A stretch of DNA of 64,000 bases from Lophium mytilinum (taxonomy: Eukaryota), in the NCBI GenBank assembly GCA_010093605.1, contig MU004192.1, positions 1,569,464 to 1,633,463 on the forward strand, written 5' to 3'. Positions 51,101 to 64,000 of this stretch are shown in pieces; positions within the stretch are counted from its first letter, which is position 1, and each line of letters opens with the position of its first letter. Position numbers and translations under genes: made by a program. Below the pieces are notes generated by a model, which had not been told where the DNA came from, made no database searches, and saw only the letters and a list, made by a program, of their open reading frames with translations.

Positions 51101-54100
51101 GCGTGGTTTTAAGCGGCCCGAGACGGTAACGTCGTTGGCACGCCCTCTTCTCCTGGCGCGCGAGCTGAAGGCGGGTGAAGGACGTCCCCTTATCAGTGTC
51201 CACTCCATGCTATTGCTCCCGTCGCCGTCGCTTTCACGTCTGCTGGCGTCCAGTGTCTCGGTAAAAGGCGCGTCCTGAACTCACCTTCGCAGCTCCACGG
51301 CGACGAAGCCTTGATGGTCACATGAGCGGGACTGCCTTGCCCTCGTCGCGGTACCTGGCCTAGAGCGCGGGGATCTCGGTATGCCTGAAGGGAGACCCAG
51401 GGAACCTCACGGCGATTGAGTTTCGCCGCTCCCTAGGGCTGAGCGCTCATTGCTCGAACCGTTGGACTGACCGCCACTTGGGCAGCTGGCAGCCCTATGA
51501 GCCCTGTCACCTTGGGCTCTGGGAACGCGGAAGCGGGAGAAGGCACTAACTTTTGGCCTACGTGTATTTCAACGTCAACCCTCTCGGACGCCGCTGTAGG
51601 TACATGGCGGGCAAGCAGACGGCGCCAGTGAATCAAGAACCGTGGTGTTTGGTGGTTGAGGGTTGCAGAAGCTTTTCCGTGCGTTGGGAGCGACTTCCTG
51701 TCGTGGCCACTGTCCAAGGCCACTTCTACATCACCCGTCGTGAAAGCTTCCTCCACAGCTTCACCTCCTTCGTCAATCATTGCATCGATGACATCAAGCA
51801 CCGCTCGCTAAGACGCCGAAGACAACCCCCTCTTCTGTTCCTTAGTCGATTCGTCAACCCGGGGAACATCATCCAAGAGCAAATGATGATTGAGACACTA
51901 ATGCAGGCCTTGGCGCGGAGCGTTCTCCGTCGAGACGCACTTCCACCTCGCTTCTGTCATTCCATCTCTTGTTATGTGTCATGACTGTGGCATGCAACCT
52001 CTATTCTATCAGCACGCCCTACGAAGTAGCTCCACGTTACACAGGATGCTAAGCGCGTCGTTATATCTCGGGCCCGTATATGGCATGCTGAGATCTCCAG
52101 ACTAGCAATCCGGGAACACCGCGAGGAATCCTTGGGCTTCCTCGATGACTATGAGCTAATTGCGAACGGTATTTCTTCTCTTTTTCAGACGAGGCCGACC
52201 TGCTGTGCCTCTTCTCTTCCTCTTAAGTCCGCTCTCAAAACTTCATCATGGCGCGGCTCTTCTCCTTTGTATACTGCATGATGCGATGACATGTCTATAT
52301 TTCTTTGCTTCGCTTGATCCTTCATGCTCAATCATTTGCATGTCTCGAAATCCACCAAAGGCTTCCTTGGCCGCTTGGTGGCATCCCTCGCCCCTCCAAC
52401 TCTTGTTACTCAAATATGTCTTGTGACCGCTCTTGGTGGACGACGGGAATGTAATAAAGCCCAGCACCTTGCATGAGTGCCGCATCCAGCTCTTCAACGA
52501 ACGCTCAGGGGATGGCGGCAACGCGTGGCCGAGAGGCTTCGAATGGCGTCGCCAGCCCAATTTGAACGATCTATACGTCAGCTTCGAGATTCGAAATGTT
52601 AGTACAGCTCTCTACAAGATGAACATTGTTGGGATGGGAGTCTTACCGTCTCTTTCCATGTCTACCTTCAGTGTAGACTGTCCCTCAACGGCTGACGTTG
52701 AGTAGATCGGATCGAGGCGGCCCGCCCCCCGCATTTGGAGATGGCGTGGGACGTCAACAGTGCGTCTCTCCTTTTATGAATTATCGGTGAGGGCTCGGCA
52801 CATACACGGCGCGCTCCCGAGCAAGACAAGCCGCAATCTAACCGCGCAGGATCACGGCACACAGCAGGGCAAAGGCTCAAGATCTGGGCCTCAAAACCCG
52901 TTTCCCTGCCTCTGAACACGCGACTCGTCGTCGCGCGGGCCGACCCAGTAGTGCATTCGGTTGTGGCTAAGCTTCAGAAGTACTTCAACGTCGCGATACC
53001 CCAGATTCCGCATATTCAAAAGGGGGAGTCAGAGCAAATCGGCAGTGTCATGGTTTCTCAGTCTCGCTGGTCCTGGCCAAAGGACTTGATTATCAGGCCG
53101 CGACATGGTCGTGCGGCTGCCGACCAAGAACCGGGTACTCACAAACACTCAACTAACAGGCGCCATTGGCAATGTACAGATACTTACACGTCTTCATGTA
53201 AGTGCAGAGCATATTTGGTGGTAGTAGGCTGGACACACGAGCCTGATAGGGGTCAAGCGTTTCTCAACAGGGCAGCATGAGCGGTAATGTAATTAAGCAG
53301 GTATTGATACGGAAAGATACAATACTAGTCGCCTGTTTCATGTGCTTCTGCATGGCACTGGAAGCTTGCTCGCGACACGGCCGTGGCACCCACGCGCAGA
53401 CCCTTGGTTTGACGGTTGCATCCGTCCTGATTTCGGCCTCATCGGTGGTCCTCGAGCGGATCGATCAGCTGGGCAATTTGCTTTTTATCACTGAACCTGG
53501 CAGCACTACTGCGACGGGGAAGCAGGTTCCCCGTGCCGGCACCCTTGAGCTGCATAACCGAGCGACATGGTTGGGACAATGCGTTGCAGCAGCGGGTGCT
53601 GGAACACTTCTATATTGCTGGTATCGACACCCATGCTCCGTCTCCCGCCGGAACGACCTCTATGGCACTCGGAGCGTCCCAGAACGGCATGCTGGCGTTC
53701 GTGGCGGAGAGCGCGCTGGCGGACCGCCCACACAGCGGTTTTCCTACGGATCTTGTCTGCAGGCCATCTATAAGCAGCCGCCCGCTGCTCTTGAGGCGGC
53801 GCCACCCCCGGCTCTGGGAATGCAGCCCCAGAAGAGTGCGCCGATCACCTTGGCTAGGGCCTGCAGTTGGCCGTGCCGATGCTCAGGCCCACAACGAGGC
53901 AGGCAACTCGTCGCGGCACGGGCGCATCGAGCACGACGGGAACGGCGAGGCACAGCACGGCAACTGCAGTCGGCGGGAAATGAGGCAGCCGCATCGAGCC
54001 TGTGCAGTTGGTTCTGCGGGAGCGAAGGGAAAAGGTTGATGTCGCGGTGCATTTGAAGCTCGAGGCTCCAGGGCTGCTATTAGCCGACGCACCATGACGG

Positions 54101-55100
54101 GGGCGCTGATAGCGCGGCGCAACGGGCAATTGCCAGGTACGTCTTGCGTCGCTGTCCATCACGCCACGGATAGGTATACCGCATTGACGAGCAGCCGCAG
54201 GACAGAGACAGCGACGCGCTGGACTGTGGTAGGCACATGTGGGCGGACTCTGGACGCGGCGTCCGTGGCGGCTGCAGCCGTCGAGGTCCCTTGGCTTAGC
54301 CCTGGAGTGGACGACGTGCCTTGATCTCAGATGAGATGCCGGAGCCGCCAAGCTGATACTCCGGACTGAACTACGCCAGGCCTCTCATCTTCACGCGGTC
54401 CATTCAAAGGTACTCTACTGTACAGTCCACTCGCAGTCGGCAGCCGCCTCGCCTGGCGCCTGGGAGCCGCCAGCCGAGCTGTCACCGGCGCCGCCGTGGG
54501 CTCTTCGAGGGCGCCACCGGTCAGCCCACAAGACTGGAGTCTGGTGGAGGTCCCTGGGACGCGGCGGCGAGAGCGCTCTCAGAGGGTCCCTTGGCCGCGA
54601 TCTGTTAGCTGGACCCCAGACCCTCGCAGGCGCCGTGCTCGGCGCTGTTGCTGGGGCGTGCAGGCCGTACAGGCGCCGGCGGTAGTGGCCAGAGCATATA
54701 CAGCACGGGCAAGCTGCTGGCTCTGGGACGGGGAGGGAGGCCAGGATGGCGTGCAGGGCTCCCTGCCAGATGGCTCGCAGGTCAACGGCGACGGGATGAC
54801 GCTTGATGCTAGCGGCGCTGCGATCCTGTCTCTAGCTCGAAGCGTCTGCTGCAGCACTCACAGCTCGGAAGCCGCGCCATGAGAGATGTGGAAAACATCA
54901 CTACCCCAAGCTGCTAACGGGGCGCGTCCTGCAGCCCACCTTGCCAATTGCCCGAGCTCCCGCCTGGCCTGCCTCAATGGCACTACACGCCCTGCAATAT
55001 TTAGTCCCGCCGCCGCCCTCTGGGGTAGCTCCTCAATGTGAACGCCCACCCGCTCCGAGCGCTCTTCTCTTTAGCAACCACCTTCGTTCATTGCGTTGCC

Positions 55101-56844
55101 ATGTATTTCCCGGTTCCTTTGGCCCTGCCCTGGAGTTGGGTGTTCTGCTTTGCCCTCCTGTTGTACGTCGATATCTGTACCACACAGCACAGCATATGCC
55201 CCGCGGGCCGGCTATCGGCGCCGAGCTTGCGGGCGTATCCAATGCCGTGTCTCCAATGCCATGTGCCCGCGCTGACCTCTCCCAGTTTGTTCAGATATCT
55301 GCGGCTGCACGTCAATCTGCTCTCGCTATGTTTGTACCGTCCGGTGCAGCCGTCGGACGACCCCTCGGTCACTTCCCGGGACATGACTGTCATCATCCCC
55401 ACCGTTGCCGTTGATATCCCGCAATTGCAAGACACGCTGGGCTCGGCACTCCGCCTGGATGCCGCTGACATCTTCCTCGTTACCACCGATGCGTGCTTCA
55501 AGCGCGTCTCGCGCATGGTGGAGAAGATGGGCTCCCCCAAAAAAATCCGAGTGCTGTCCGTGGCCCAGGCCAACAAGCGCCGGCAGATGTCTCGTGCCAT
55601 CCCAGAAGTTAAAACGCGCATCACGCTCCTGCTCGACGACGACGTCTGGCTGCCCGAGAAGTTCACGAAATGGATCCTCGCGCCCTTTGAGGACGAGCGT
55701 GTAGGCGGGGCCGGCACGAATCAGCGTCTGCGGCGGAAGGACCCCTGGAACATATGGGAGTTTCTGGGAGCCTCATATCTGGTGCGCCGCAACTTCGACT
55801 GCACGGCGTGCAACTACATGGACGGTGGGCTGCCGTGCCTCTCGGGGCGGGCTGTTGCGTACCGCTCGGAGATCCTGCAGGACCCGCACTTCACGCACGG
55901 CTTCAACCACGAAACCTGGCGCAGCGGGCACTTCCTCAATGCCGACGACGACAACTTCATCACGCGCTGGCTGTTCACGCACGACTGGAAGATCAAGTTC
56001 CAGAACCACCGCGAGTGCGAGGTCGAGACGACGCTCGAGAACGACTCCAAGTACCTGAAGCAGTGTCTGCGCTGGGTGCGCAGCAACTGGCGGTCCAACA
56101 TCACGAGCCTGAAAGACGGCAACATGTGGAGGTGAGTGGTCACAAAAGTGTGCAATTGACGATTGGCGGGTTCGTCCAACTGCGATGCCGCGCCAATTGC
56201 TGACCCCTCCACCGCACCCACCCACCTCTGCTGACATGCCCAACAGAAAGTACCCCTGGAGCCTGTACGCCGTGTTCCAGACAACTCTCACGCAATGGGC
56301 GTTTCTGTACGACGTGCTGCTGTTCTGGACGTTCAGCCGGACCCTGGCCGATCAGGGCTATTACGCAGCCGGCAGCGAGTGGCGGCCTTGGCTGCTGTGG
56401 GCGCTCTTCGCGGCGCACTACCTCTTCAGCAAGACGATCAAGTACATCCCGCACCTGCTGCGCAACCCGGGCGACGTCGTGTACCTGCCCGTCTCGATCC
56501 TGTTCGGCTTCTACCACAACACGATCAAGTTCCAGGGTCTGTTGACGCTCAAGGAGGTCAGTTCTACTTCCAGTTCCAATTGCATCTCTTGCCCCTGGTT
56601 GGCTACCCCGCACCACCAGCCCCCACCCCTTAGTCGTGCTCTTCAGCCTCGCTTCCCGCAACACTCACTGACCATTCCGGTGCATCAGACGACCTGGGGC
56701 ACGCGCGAGGGCGCCGACCAAGACGACAACATCAGGATGATTCCCATCAAGCCGCCCGTGTCGCCCCCGCCCGAGGGCCGCGTGCTGCGCGAGCGCGGAG
56801 CCATCCTGCCCACTGCTACCACTGCGACGACGGCCATCGGTTGA
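55101..56844 (+). CDS. GT2 glycosyltransferase, Cps1/ZtGT2-like polysaccharide synthase
   Basis: Introns 55163-55285, 56132-56246, 56557-56688. Motifs FRYLRL, VIIPTV, NKRRQM, LLDDDV (DxD), CLSGR, DDDNFITRW, QCLRW (QxxRW), TTWGTR; TM segments at both ends. Confidence 0.9.
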
Positions 56845-59800
56845 GCCTGGGAGCCGCCGTGGTTCTTCAACTGATTTTAGGTTTCTGCCGGATACGGCAT
56901 GTTTGCGCCATTTTGGCGCGGCTTAGAGCTGCAGCAGACTCAGCCGATCTGCATTCATGGCTCCATTTTGGAGCGGGCGAGCGATGCGAGGCCCTGGAGA
57001 CGCATCGCCGGCAAAAGTCGCGGCCTGCGACGGTTCCTTTCTCCCCTTCATCGGGCGCCGCAAAAGGAGTTTTTGCGACAGTTTCCTCTTCGGTTTAATT
57101 CGACCTCTAAAAGTGCGGGATCTTTGGATACAGGCGTTGGGGCGTCAGTCAGCGGTTATTAGGGGTTTTCCAAAATGGCAGCAAGCGTTCCTGATCTCTC
57201 GCGGTGCTTGGTGGAAATGGGTTCGATCCTCATCACCCTCATGTAATCTATGCATACTTGGTTCTGTCGTCCGTCGGCCCTAATGCACGTCGCTCCGTTC
57301 ACCGTCGTTGGTCACTTCGCTTCCACCTGCGCTGTTCTCATGCCGCTCTGCACGCCGCGATCGAGATGGTGCAACGATACACAGCATGCGTTCCCAGATT
57401 CGCGGCGTCGTACAGCGTAGCCGACTCCCGAGCTTACTCTATAGAGGGTCCAGTAGCAACCTCAACGTCACTCTACATAACCACACTTGCCAAATCCTGC
57501 TTCCATGATGCCCTCACCGCGCCGAATAGGCCACAGGGCAGTGCAGGCGACCGCGAATTAGCACTGCTCGGCATGCACGCGCGCCCGGAAGCTCCTAGTG
57601 CGAACCATCTCCCGCAGCTTGTCCAGAGTTGATCACAGCTCGCACCGTTCGGCGAGACCCACGGCGGGTCTTTGAGCGCCTCAATCAGCAATCAGCAATC
57701 AGCGCGAGGCCCCGAACCGACGTGCTGCATCTCCGTCTCCGCTCCCTATCTTGCTGTTCCGTTGCTGCGCTGCCAGCGGTGCCACGCGCCGACATGCTGC
57801 GTGTGTATGTACAGACAGCAACGCAGCCAGCATCACGATAGGCACCGCGCCGCATCGACCAGCCGCCCCCGGAGTGTGCTCGTGCTCGGAGGGGCAGGTG
57901 GATTTGATGGCGACATCCACAGCCTGGCTTTCTCCACCTTTCGGCGCCTGCCCAGCCGCGGGCAGGTTGGCCTGTGAGCTGGAGGGGCAGAGCAAGCAGC
58001 AGCAGCAGCGTGAGCACGAACGGACATGGACAAGGCAAGGCATGCGAGGGTTGGGGTTCGACTGGTCCAAGTGTCGCTGGCGCAGGCGGCATCAGGAGCT
58101 AGTGGTGGACAGGTATGGAGGGGTTGGGGCCGCCGACCTGGAGGCGTGCGGCGAAGAGAAAATATGCGAATCGACACTAGACGCCGTGGATGAAATCCGT
58201 CAACGTTTACATATGAAGCTTCATGTCCGTGTGCGGCGTGGATAGTCTCATTTACTTGCCGTGGGCCACGTCGTCGGGAGCATCTTTCTACAGCTTCTTG
58301 GGGAATTCGCAACCTCTGCCTTTCTATTCACGGCATTCTCCCGCATTCGATTCTCAGAAGACGGGCTCGCCCAAAGCAGGCGCGCTACAACCGTTTGCAT
58401 CCAGATGCAGATGGGCAAAGGTGGGTATGCCAGTGCTCATGCCCGTCATTTCCCGCTCCGCTGATAATCCTTCGACTCGTCCCGTCTTCTGTGGGCTGGC
58501 AACGGCCACCCCGGCATGTCACAGTTGTCCCCTACTGACGCAACCGGGCAATCCTGACCGGCCCGTTTAGGGTTGTCCTGATTATCTCGGGGTGTTCCTT
58601 GCGCCCCCGAAGCCAATTCAAGGGAGTCTGCGGCCCGTAACGGGCGCCGAGACAGGAGTTCAAGCTTCCCCCAGGTCTGAAATCCCACACCAAGCTTCTA
58701 TCGTGTGTCACGCTTCGTGAGCGCCTCTTTACGTTAACTTACCCGCGTCGCCACCAATATAAGCAGCGACGGCGGCCACGGCGACAAGACGTCAGATCTA
58801 ACAAGATCCCCGCAATTGCGATTGCGCCATGGGCTGTAGGCGGACGAGCCCAGCCTTCAAGCAGTCCAGCGCTGACTGCAAAACTGCACTCTTGCATCCA
58901 TCCAGGCCAGCTTCTCCACCGTCGAACGCCACCGCTCTCACATCATATCTTGCGTGGTCTGTCTCGCACCTCGAGCTTATGTTACATACATGTACCTTTG
59001 ACGTGTCACCATGTCACCGTGTCTGTCGGCACGCGTCTGGTGCGTGCGGTGCAGGTGAGTGGTGAGATTCTTAACAATTCGTCCTGCAACCGGCCCTTAC
59101 GGATCGAGTCCACTGTCTGGCGTGCAGAGCCTGCACTCTGCATGCCCCGCCGCGCGGTGCCTGGATTGCAGTCCCTTCGTGACAACAAACTTGAAAACGG
59201 AAACCTGAGCAACGAGACATTGGAAAAAACGCAATTGTGCATAAAAGTCCTAGAAAGTCCCGCCCACTACCACGCCCTCGGGTCTAACCACCTCACACCT
59301 GCATACGGCTGACCGGTTTATTTGCGGGCGGGGAATCGAATCGAATGTTGGAGTGTGGAACCCTGGCACGGTTTTTTTTTTGGTCAGCCGAGGAAATCCC
59401 ACAAATGTTTTAGATTTCGAGGGCGAAGATGTTTAAGCAGTAAATATGGACCTCGAGAAGTTCGAATTGGGGTGGAGACAGCCGCTACGAGCCTACCCGC
59501 AGCTCCACCCCCTCCAGGCCCATCACAACCCCGCCCGACATCGCATCCCACAACATCAATTGGATTTCTCATCCCTCAAGAACTGGCGAACCTTCGGAAC
59601 GTTCCATCGGTCCCCTGCATTATTCGCTAAAACCTCGTCCGTAAGATGGACGGAAAGGTAGACGTGCGTCTCGTTTGCAGTCTGGCTTTTTCGAAATTTT
59701 CCACCTACATGAAAAGTGCACTCTCTTGCAACTTGCTACGTAACGACGTTTTATTGGGAACCTGGTCCTAGTAAGCATGCACATCAGTACGTCTGCAAGC

Positions 59801-62800
59801 GCAGGGTCTTTATGCCAAGCGTTCCATGCTCATGCTCGCTGCACGTTACCTGCACGTTACTTGTGAGACTTTGAGGACAAATTCTGCCAGTCACAATATA
59901 CGTCAGTAACCTCGCCGCATCTGGGGTAGAGAGATAGGTAACAACCGGTAAGTCAGCAATTGCTATTCTTACCCCTCTTCTACCCATCGGTATCCCGATA
60001 ATTCATTCGCGCGGAAAAGGTACCGTGGTAAGGAAACTCAGCCTAGCACCGCACCTCGCAGAACACACTACTGATGTCAGTGTTAAACTCTCCTCTTCCT
60101 CCGACGCACACTACTCCCACGCTTCCCACCTCCCATCGCAAAACTCAAACCTACACATGTGACGGACGCGGGTCGTCCCACACACGTAATCAACGCAACC
60201 GCACCACCGCGCGCCCGCCATCGGCCCGATACCGCAAAATCCGCCCATCACAGCTTAGACTTATACCCGTAGGCGCGCCCGCTAGCTAAACCCCCCTACC
60301 ACACCAGTCCACCGATACGAGGCCTCGTCTATCTAAGACATGGCTCTTTATCGACGCCGCGGGTAGGCTAGGCGCTAGCAGCGATGGCCACGGCTTGCTG
60401 TGTGCGACTCGACGATCGAGGAGCTATAGCGCAACCGCACTCCACTCCTTCGCTCTAGTATACCTGGCGCTAAGGCCTCAGAACCTCGGATCTCCCGTCT
60501 CACACTCGGCGAGGACGCTCACGCGTTTCGAACTCGTAGCAGCGTCCGCGTCGTGTCTGTGTTGACCTCCCGCGGGCGAAGGGTTCACAGTGCCCTACCC
60601 TCCCAGTAGCTGCTCTACGACTTAGCTAGCGCGGCGATACTACGCATTACCCGCGTCAAACTATCGATCTATTTTCGATAGTTGCGGCTAGCACGGACCC
60701 TGTTGTGTCGCCAAACTAACGCGAACGAATGGATGATCTGATGGGGTGATGCGGAGCCATCGCCGTCGATGTGGGACTGAGGGTCTTTGGACCCTTGAGT
60801 GGACCCTTGGATCGCCGGCTGTCTTAGAGTCATGGATCTAGGTATAGGAGGGGAAGGGTTGAGGGAGTTTGAGGGACTGAGGAGGGATTGGGTGGTGAGG
60901 TGGGTGGACTTCGGTGGCTTGACGGGCCGATGGCGGAGGCGTGGCTTGGGGGCGCGCGGGTGTGGAGGTGGTGGGTGGGTAGGTTATGCTGTGTTCGCTG
61001 GTGATGGGTGATAAATGGTAGGTGAACTGGGTCTCTATAGGTAGTAGCTAGTCGCTATGCAGGCTGTTTCTTGCTGGTGATTGGAGTGCTGCTGTCCGTG
61101 TCTGCTTGCTTGCGACCGTTTAGGATACCTTCAGTAAGACTGAAACTTTGGATAACATGGAAAGTGCCTGAGGCTGTGAGTTGAAATAGCCTTGCCTGCT
61201 TCTGGGGGGCTTAGCCTTGGTATATTTCCTATGCGGTTAGACGTGAAGACGAGTGCTTGTATCTAGACGCGTGAATGTGTCTAGACGGATGATGGAATTT
61301 CTGGATGAATGCGAGAGTGAGTAGGTATTTAGAAACGTGAATTGGTATGCCAATGAGTGATTGAATGGACAATTAGACGAATTGATAGGCCTAGACGAGT
61401 GACTATCATCGAGACGAGTAGATACGCATCTGCATCCAAACCTGAAGACTTTGAGAGCACAGAATGATCGGTGCTCGCAGATTCAAGATGGTCGCGTGAC
61501 CTTCATGCTATGGAGTAGTACCAGAGGTTTCTGGATCATTGATAACATGCAACGCTGCGTTTTCATGCGGGCTTCTTTTCGAGGAGTAGACGACCAACCC
61601 TGAGGGAGGAAAACTCAACTCATAAGGCAAAACGCCAGGTGCAATGTAAAACTCACAAACTAGCCAGTTTCTCAGCGGCCGTATGCACCCCCGGCGCAAG
61701 GCTTTCAAAGTACCTAGCCAGATCTCCGATCCACCCACCATGGCCAATATCGAAACGCACGTGTCGTCCGTCCCAGCAGGACCGTCTCCCGACTTCCCCG
61801 ACGCGACCACCACCCCAGCTCCACAGGACGGGGGATTCACATGCTTTCATCCGGGTGCTTCCACCACGCGTGGACATTGAACTGATCGGCGATCTCTTTA
61901 GAGTGAGCTGGGAAAGACGTCAACGGCAGCGACGGGCAAATTTCACATATCGAGATCCCGGCCCACGGGTTTCCTAATGTCTGTCCAACGCTACGAGTAG
62001 TTCTATCGATATTTTCGGATCCATGTTCCTTTCGTCACGTTCGGGCCACTGGGCACGCGACACCCATCCCGACAGCAAGCTTTTTCCGATCAGCATGCGC
62101 CGTGTTAGCGCGTACCACTCGCTGGCGTTTGGATGGCGAGTGTGTGGTTGCTTGGGGGTGTTCGCGCTAGTTGGTGGGAAGTGGTGTGCGGGTGGCAATT
62201 AGGTTCGACGGCGGCAAGTCATCGGCTGCAGAACATAGGATGGCGCTGGTGATGGCGGGATGTGTGTCACCGGGTGGTGCATGGGCGGCTTGGGATCACA
62301 TGCAGAGGACCCTGACGATCGCGGGGTTTATAGCGGTGGGTTGGACGTGAGGTGTGGTGTGTGGAAGGGTGAGGGTGTTGAGTGTAGAGCTGGGAGGGTT
62401 TGCACGTGTGAGTGGTGTGGAGTGGTGTTGATGTCACGCTAGCTAAGACTGAGGGTGGGAGAGACGGGGTGGAGGCTGTGAAGATGTTAGTATGTGCTCT
62501 GGGTATTCATGGGTATCTAGCTGACTGTCGTGAAGATTGTTGTACTTTGGAGAGATGACGAGAAGAAAAGAAAAGAAGAGCTTTTGGTCAAAGTACTTAC
62601 TAGTAGCAGTACCTAAGCGTCAGCCACTCAGTATATATTTCCCGATACTCATCTCATCATAGCCTCTGTCTGATACGAAAGATGAAGTAGTAGTCATGGG
62701 AAAAAAAGAAACGTACCTCGTTCCCCGTCGATCGTCTCGGCCCTCATTGCACCGAAGACCTGCCCCTCCTTTGGCAGCTCCACCCCACCTTCTGGACCCT

Positions 62801-62993
62801 GGCCTCATGAGGAAGCCGACGTACCTTTCAACTCAATCCATTAGCAGCTCTTCCTACGGTAGCTTTACTTCCTAGCCAACTGTATTGTTCACTGAACATC
62901 TTCAAACTACACCTACAAGAAACTGGAACCCTCACACCACCCGACCATCCCCAATTCCAGCTCCAGCAGCCATTTCCCTCCCCAAAAGGCACA

Positions 62994-64000
62994 ATGCTCC
63001 TAGACACCCACATCCACCTCTGGCCCACGTCCGCCTGCAATGCCTCCTCCCATACCTGGATGGCTCCTCCAGACCCCCAAACACCCCATCCCCTAGCCAC
63101 CCGGCACGGCATCTCCGACTATAACGCCGCAACATCTTCCTCCCCAACCCAGCCCTCCGCCTTCATATACGTAGAAACCGACCGCGCCCTCCCCACCCCT
63201 TCTCCACCTATCGAATCATCCGCTGCAGCCTTCAGCATCCGCCGCGCGCTAGAGAAATGGGCTGCAGAACCGCTCGAGGAACTGCGGTTTCTTCGACGGA
63301 TAATAGAAGGAAAGCCACAAGGTGAGGGCGATGGGTTTCAAGCAGGCGATGGGGATAAAATGGCTGGGATAGTTGCATTTGCGCCGCTGCATCTCACGCC
63401 GCGGATGTTCGACATCTACCTCCTTCTTGCGAAAGAGGTCGCTGGGCCGGAGACCTGGAGCCGGGTGGTAGGGTTCCGTTATTTGCTGCAGGGGATGCGA
63501 GATCAGAGAGAGTTTAGCAAGTTTGTGTGGGAGGAGTCGTGGCTGAGTAACCTGGTGGGATTGGGAAAGGTGGGTACGGGACCGGGAAATAGGGGTTGGA
63601 CGTTTGATGTTGGGGTTGATATGCGGAGTGGAGGTGTGTGGCAGCTGGAGAAGGCGGCGGAGATGGTGGAGAGAGTGAGGAAGATAGAGGCGGCAGATGT
63701 GGGAAATGGAGGACGGGGAAGTGTGAGATTTGTTCTGAGTGAGTTGCCCGCTTTTGATTGTTCTTCTAAGGGTTGAGTACGTTTCGGGTCCTTTTAGTAC
63801 ATCTTGAGACTGTGGGTAGAGGGACTGTTACTGATGCAAAGGTTTGCGTTTTAGACCATCTTTGTAAGCCCGACCTCACCCTCACCGACCCTGCCTCCGA
63901 CCCCGAGGCACAGCGGTGGTGTGCAGCAATCTCGCGCCTCGCACGACAACCGGACACGTACATGAAGCTCTCCGGCGCATTTTCAGAGTTCGGTACTACA
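62994..64000 (+). CDS. Amidohydrolase, L-rhamnono-1,4-lactonase (LRA2)-like; 3' end outside the window
   Basis: LDTHIHLW (HxH), YVETDR, GFRYLLQ, FDVGVD; intron ~63739-63853, then NHLCKP and YMKLSGAFSE. Confidence 0.8.

Noticed and set aside
52517..52600. tRNA-Ser/Leu-like start GGCAACGCGTGGCCGAGAGG
   Set aside because: No acceptor-stem or T-stem pairing.
53277..54056. 259-aa ORF upstream of GT2
   Set aside because: No domain signal and overlapping ORFs in several frames; likely spurious.
57160..57241. T-arm-like ATGGGTTCGATCCTCAT
   Set aside because: T stem pairs, but no matching acceptor, D or anticodon arms.

Overview
Filamentous ascomycete genomic DNA. Spliceosomal introns (GT..CTRAC..YAG), RIP-type mutation and the protein families suggest a Dothideomycete-like fungus; this is inference only. 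1-8.56 kb is an AT-rich, RIP-destroyed block. It holds a full-length Ty3/gypsy LTR retrotransposon (257-bp LTRs, 5-bp TSD, PPT, 800-N assembly gap), probably nested in older RIPed DNA. 9-48 kb is gene-dense: HRD3/SEL1, an MFS transporter, a CnjB-like zinc-knuckle/GW-repeat protein, a secreted Ser/Thr-rich protein ending in an apparently catalytically dead GH18 fragment, RAD1, OST5 and GCN5. Next comes a four-gene P450/AKR7/ADH/bZIP redox cluster whose regulator has an in-frame stop, then SFR1/MEI5, a stand-alone SRA/YDG protein, DBP7, PAN6, an acidic orphan, ATP20 and GLR1. 48-63 kb is gene-poor, with one Cps1/ZtGT2-like GT2 glycosyltransferase between about 7 kb and 6 kb of GC-rich DNA lacking recognisable genes. 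An LRA2-like amidohydrolase runs off the right end. Exon structures were read by hand and no database searches were run.
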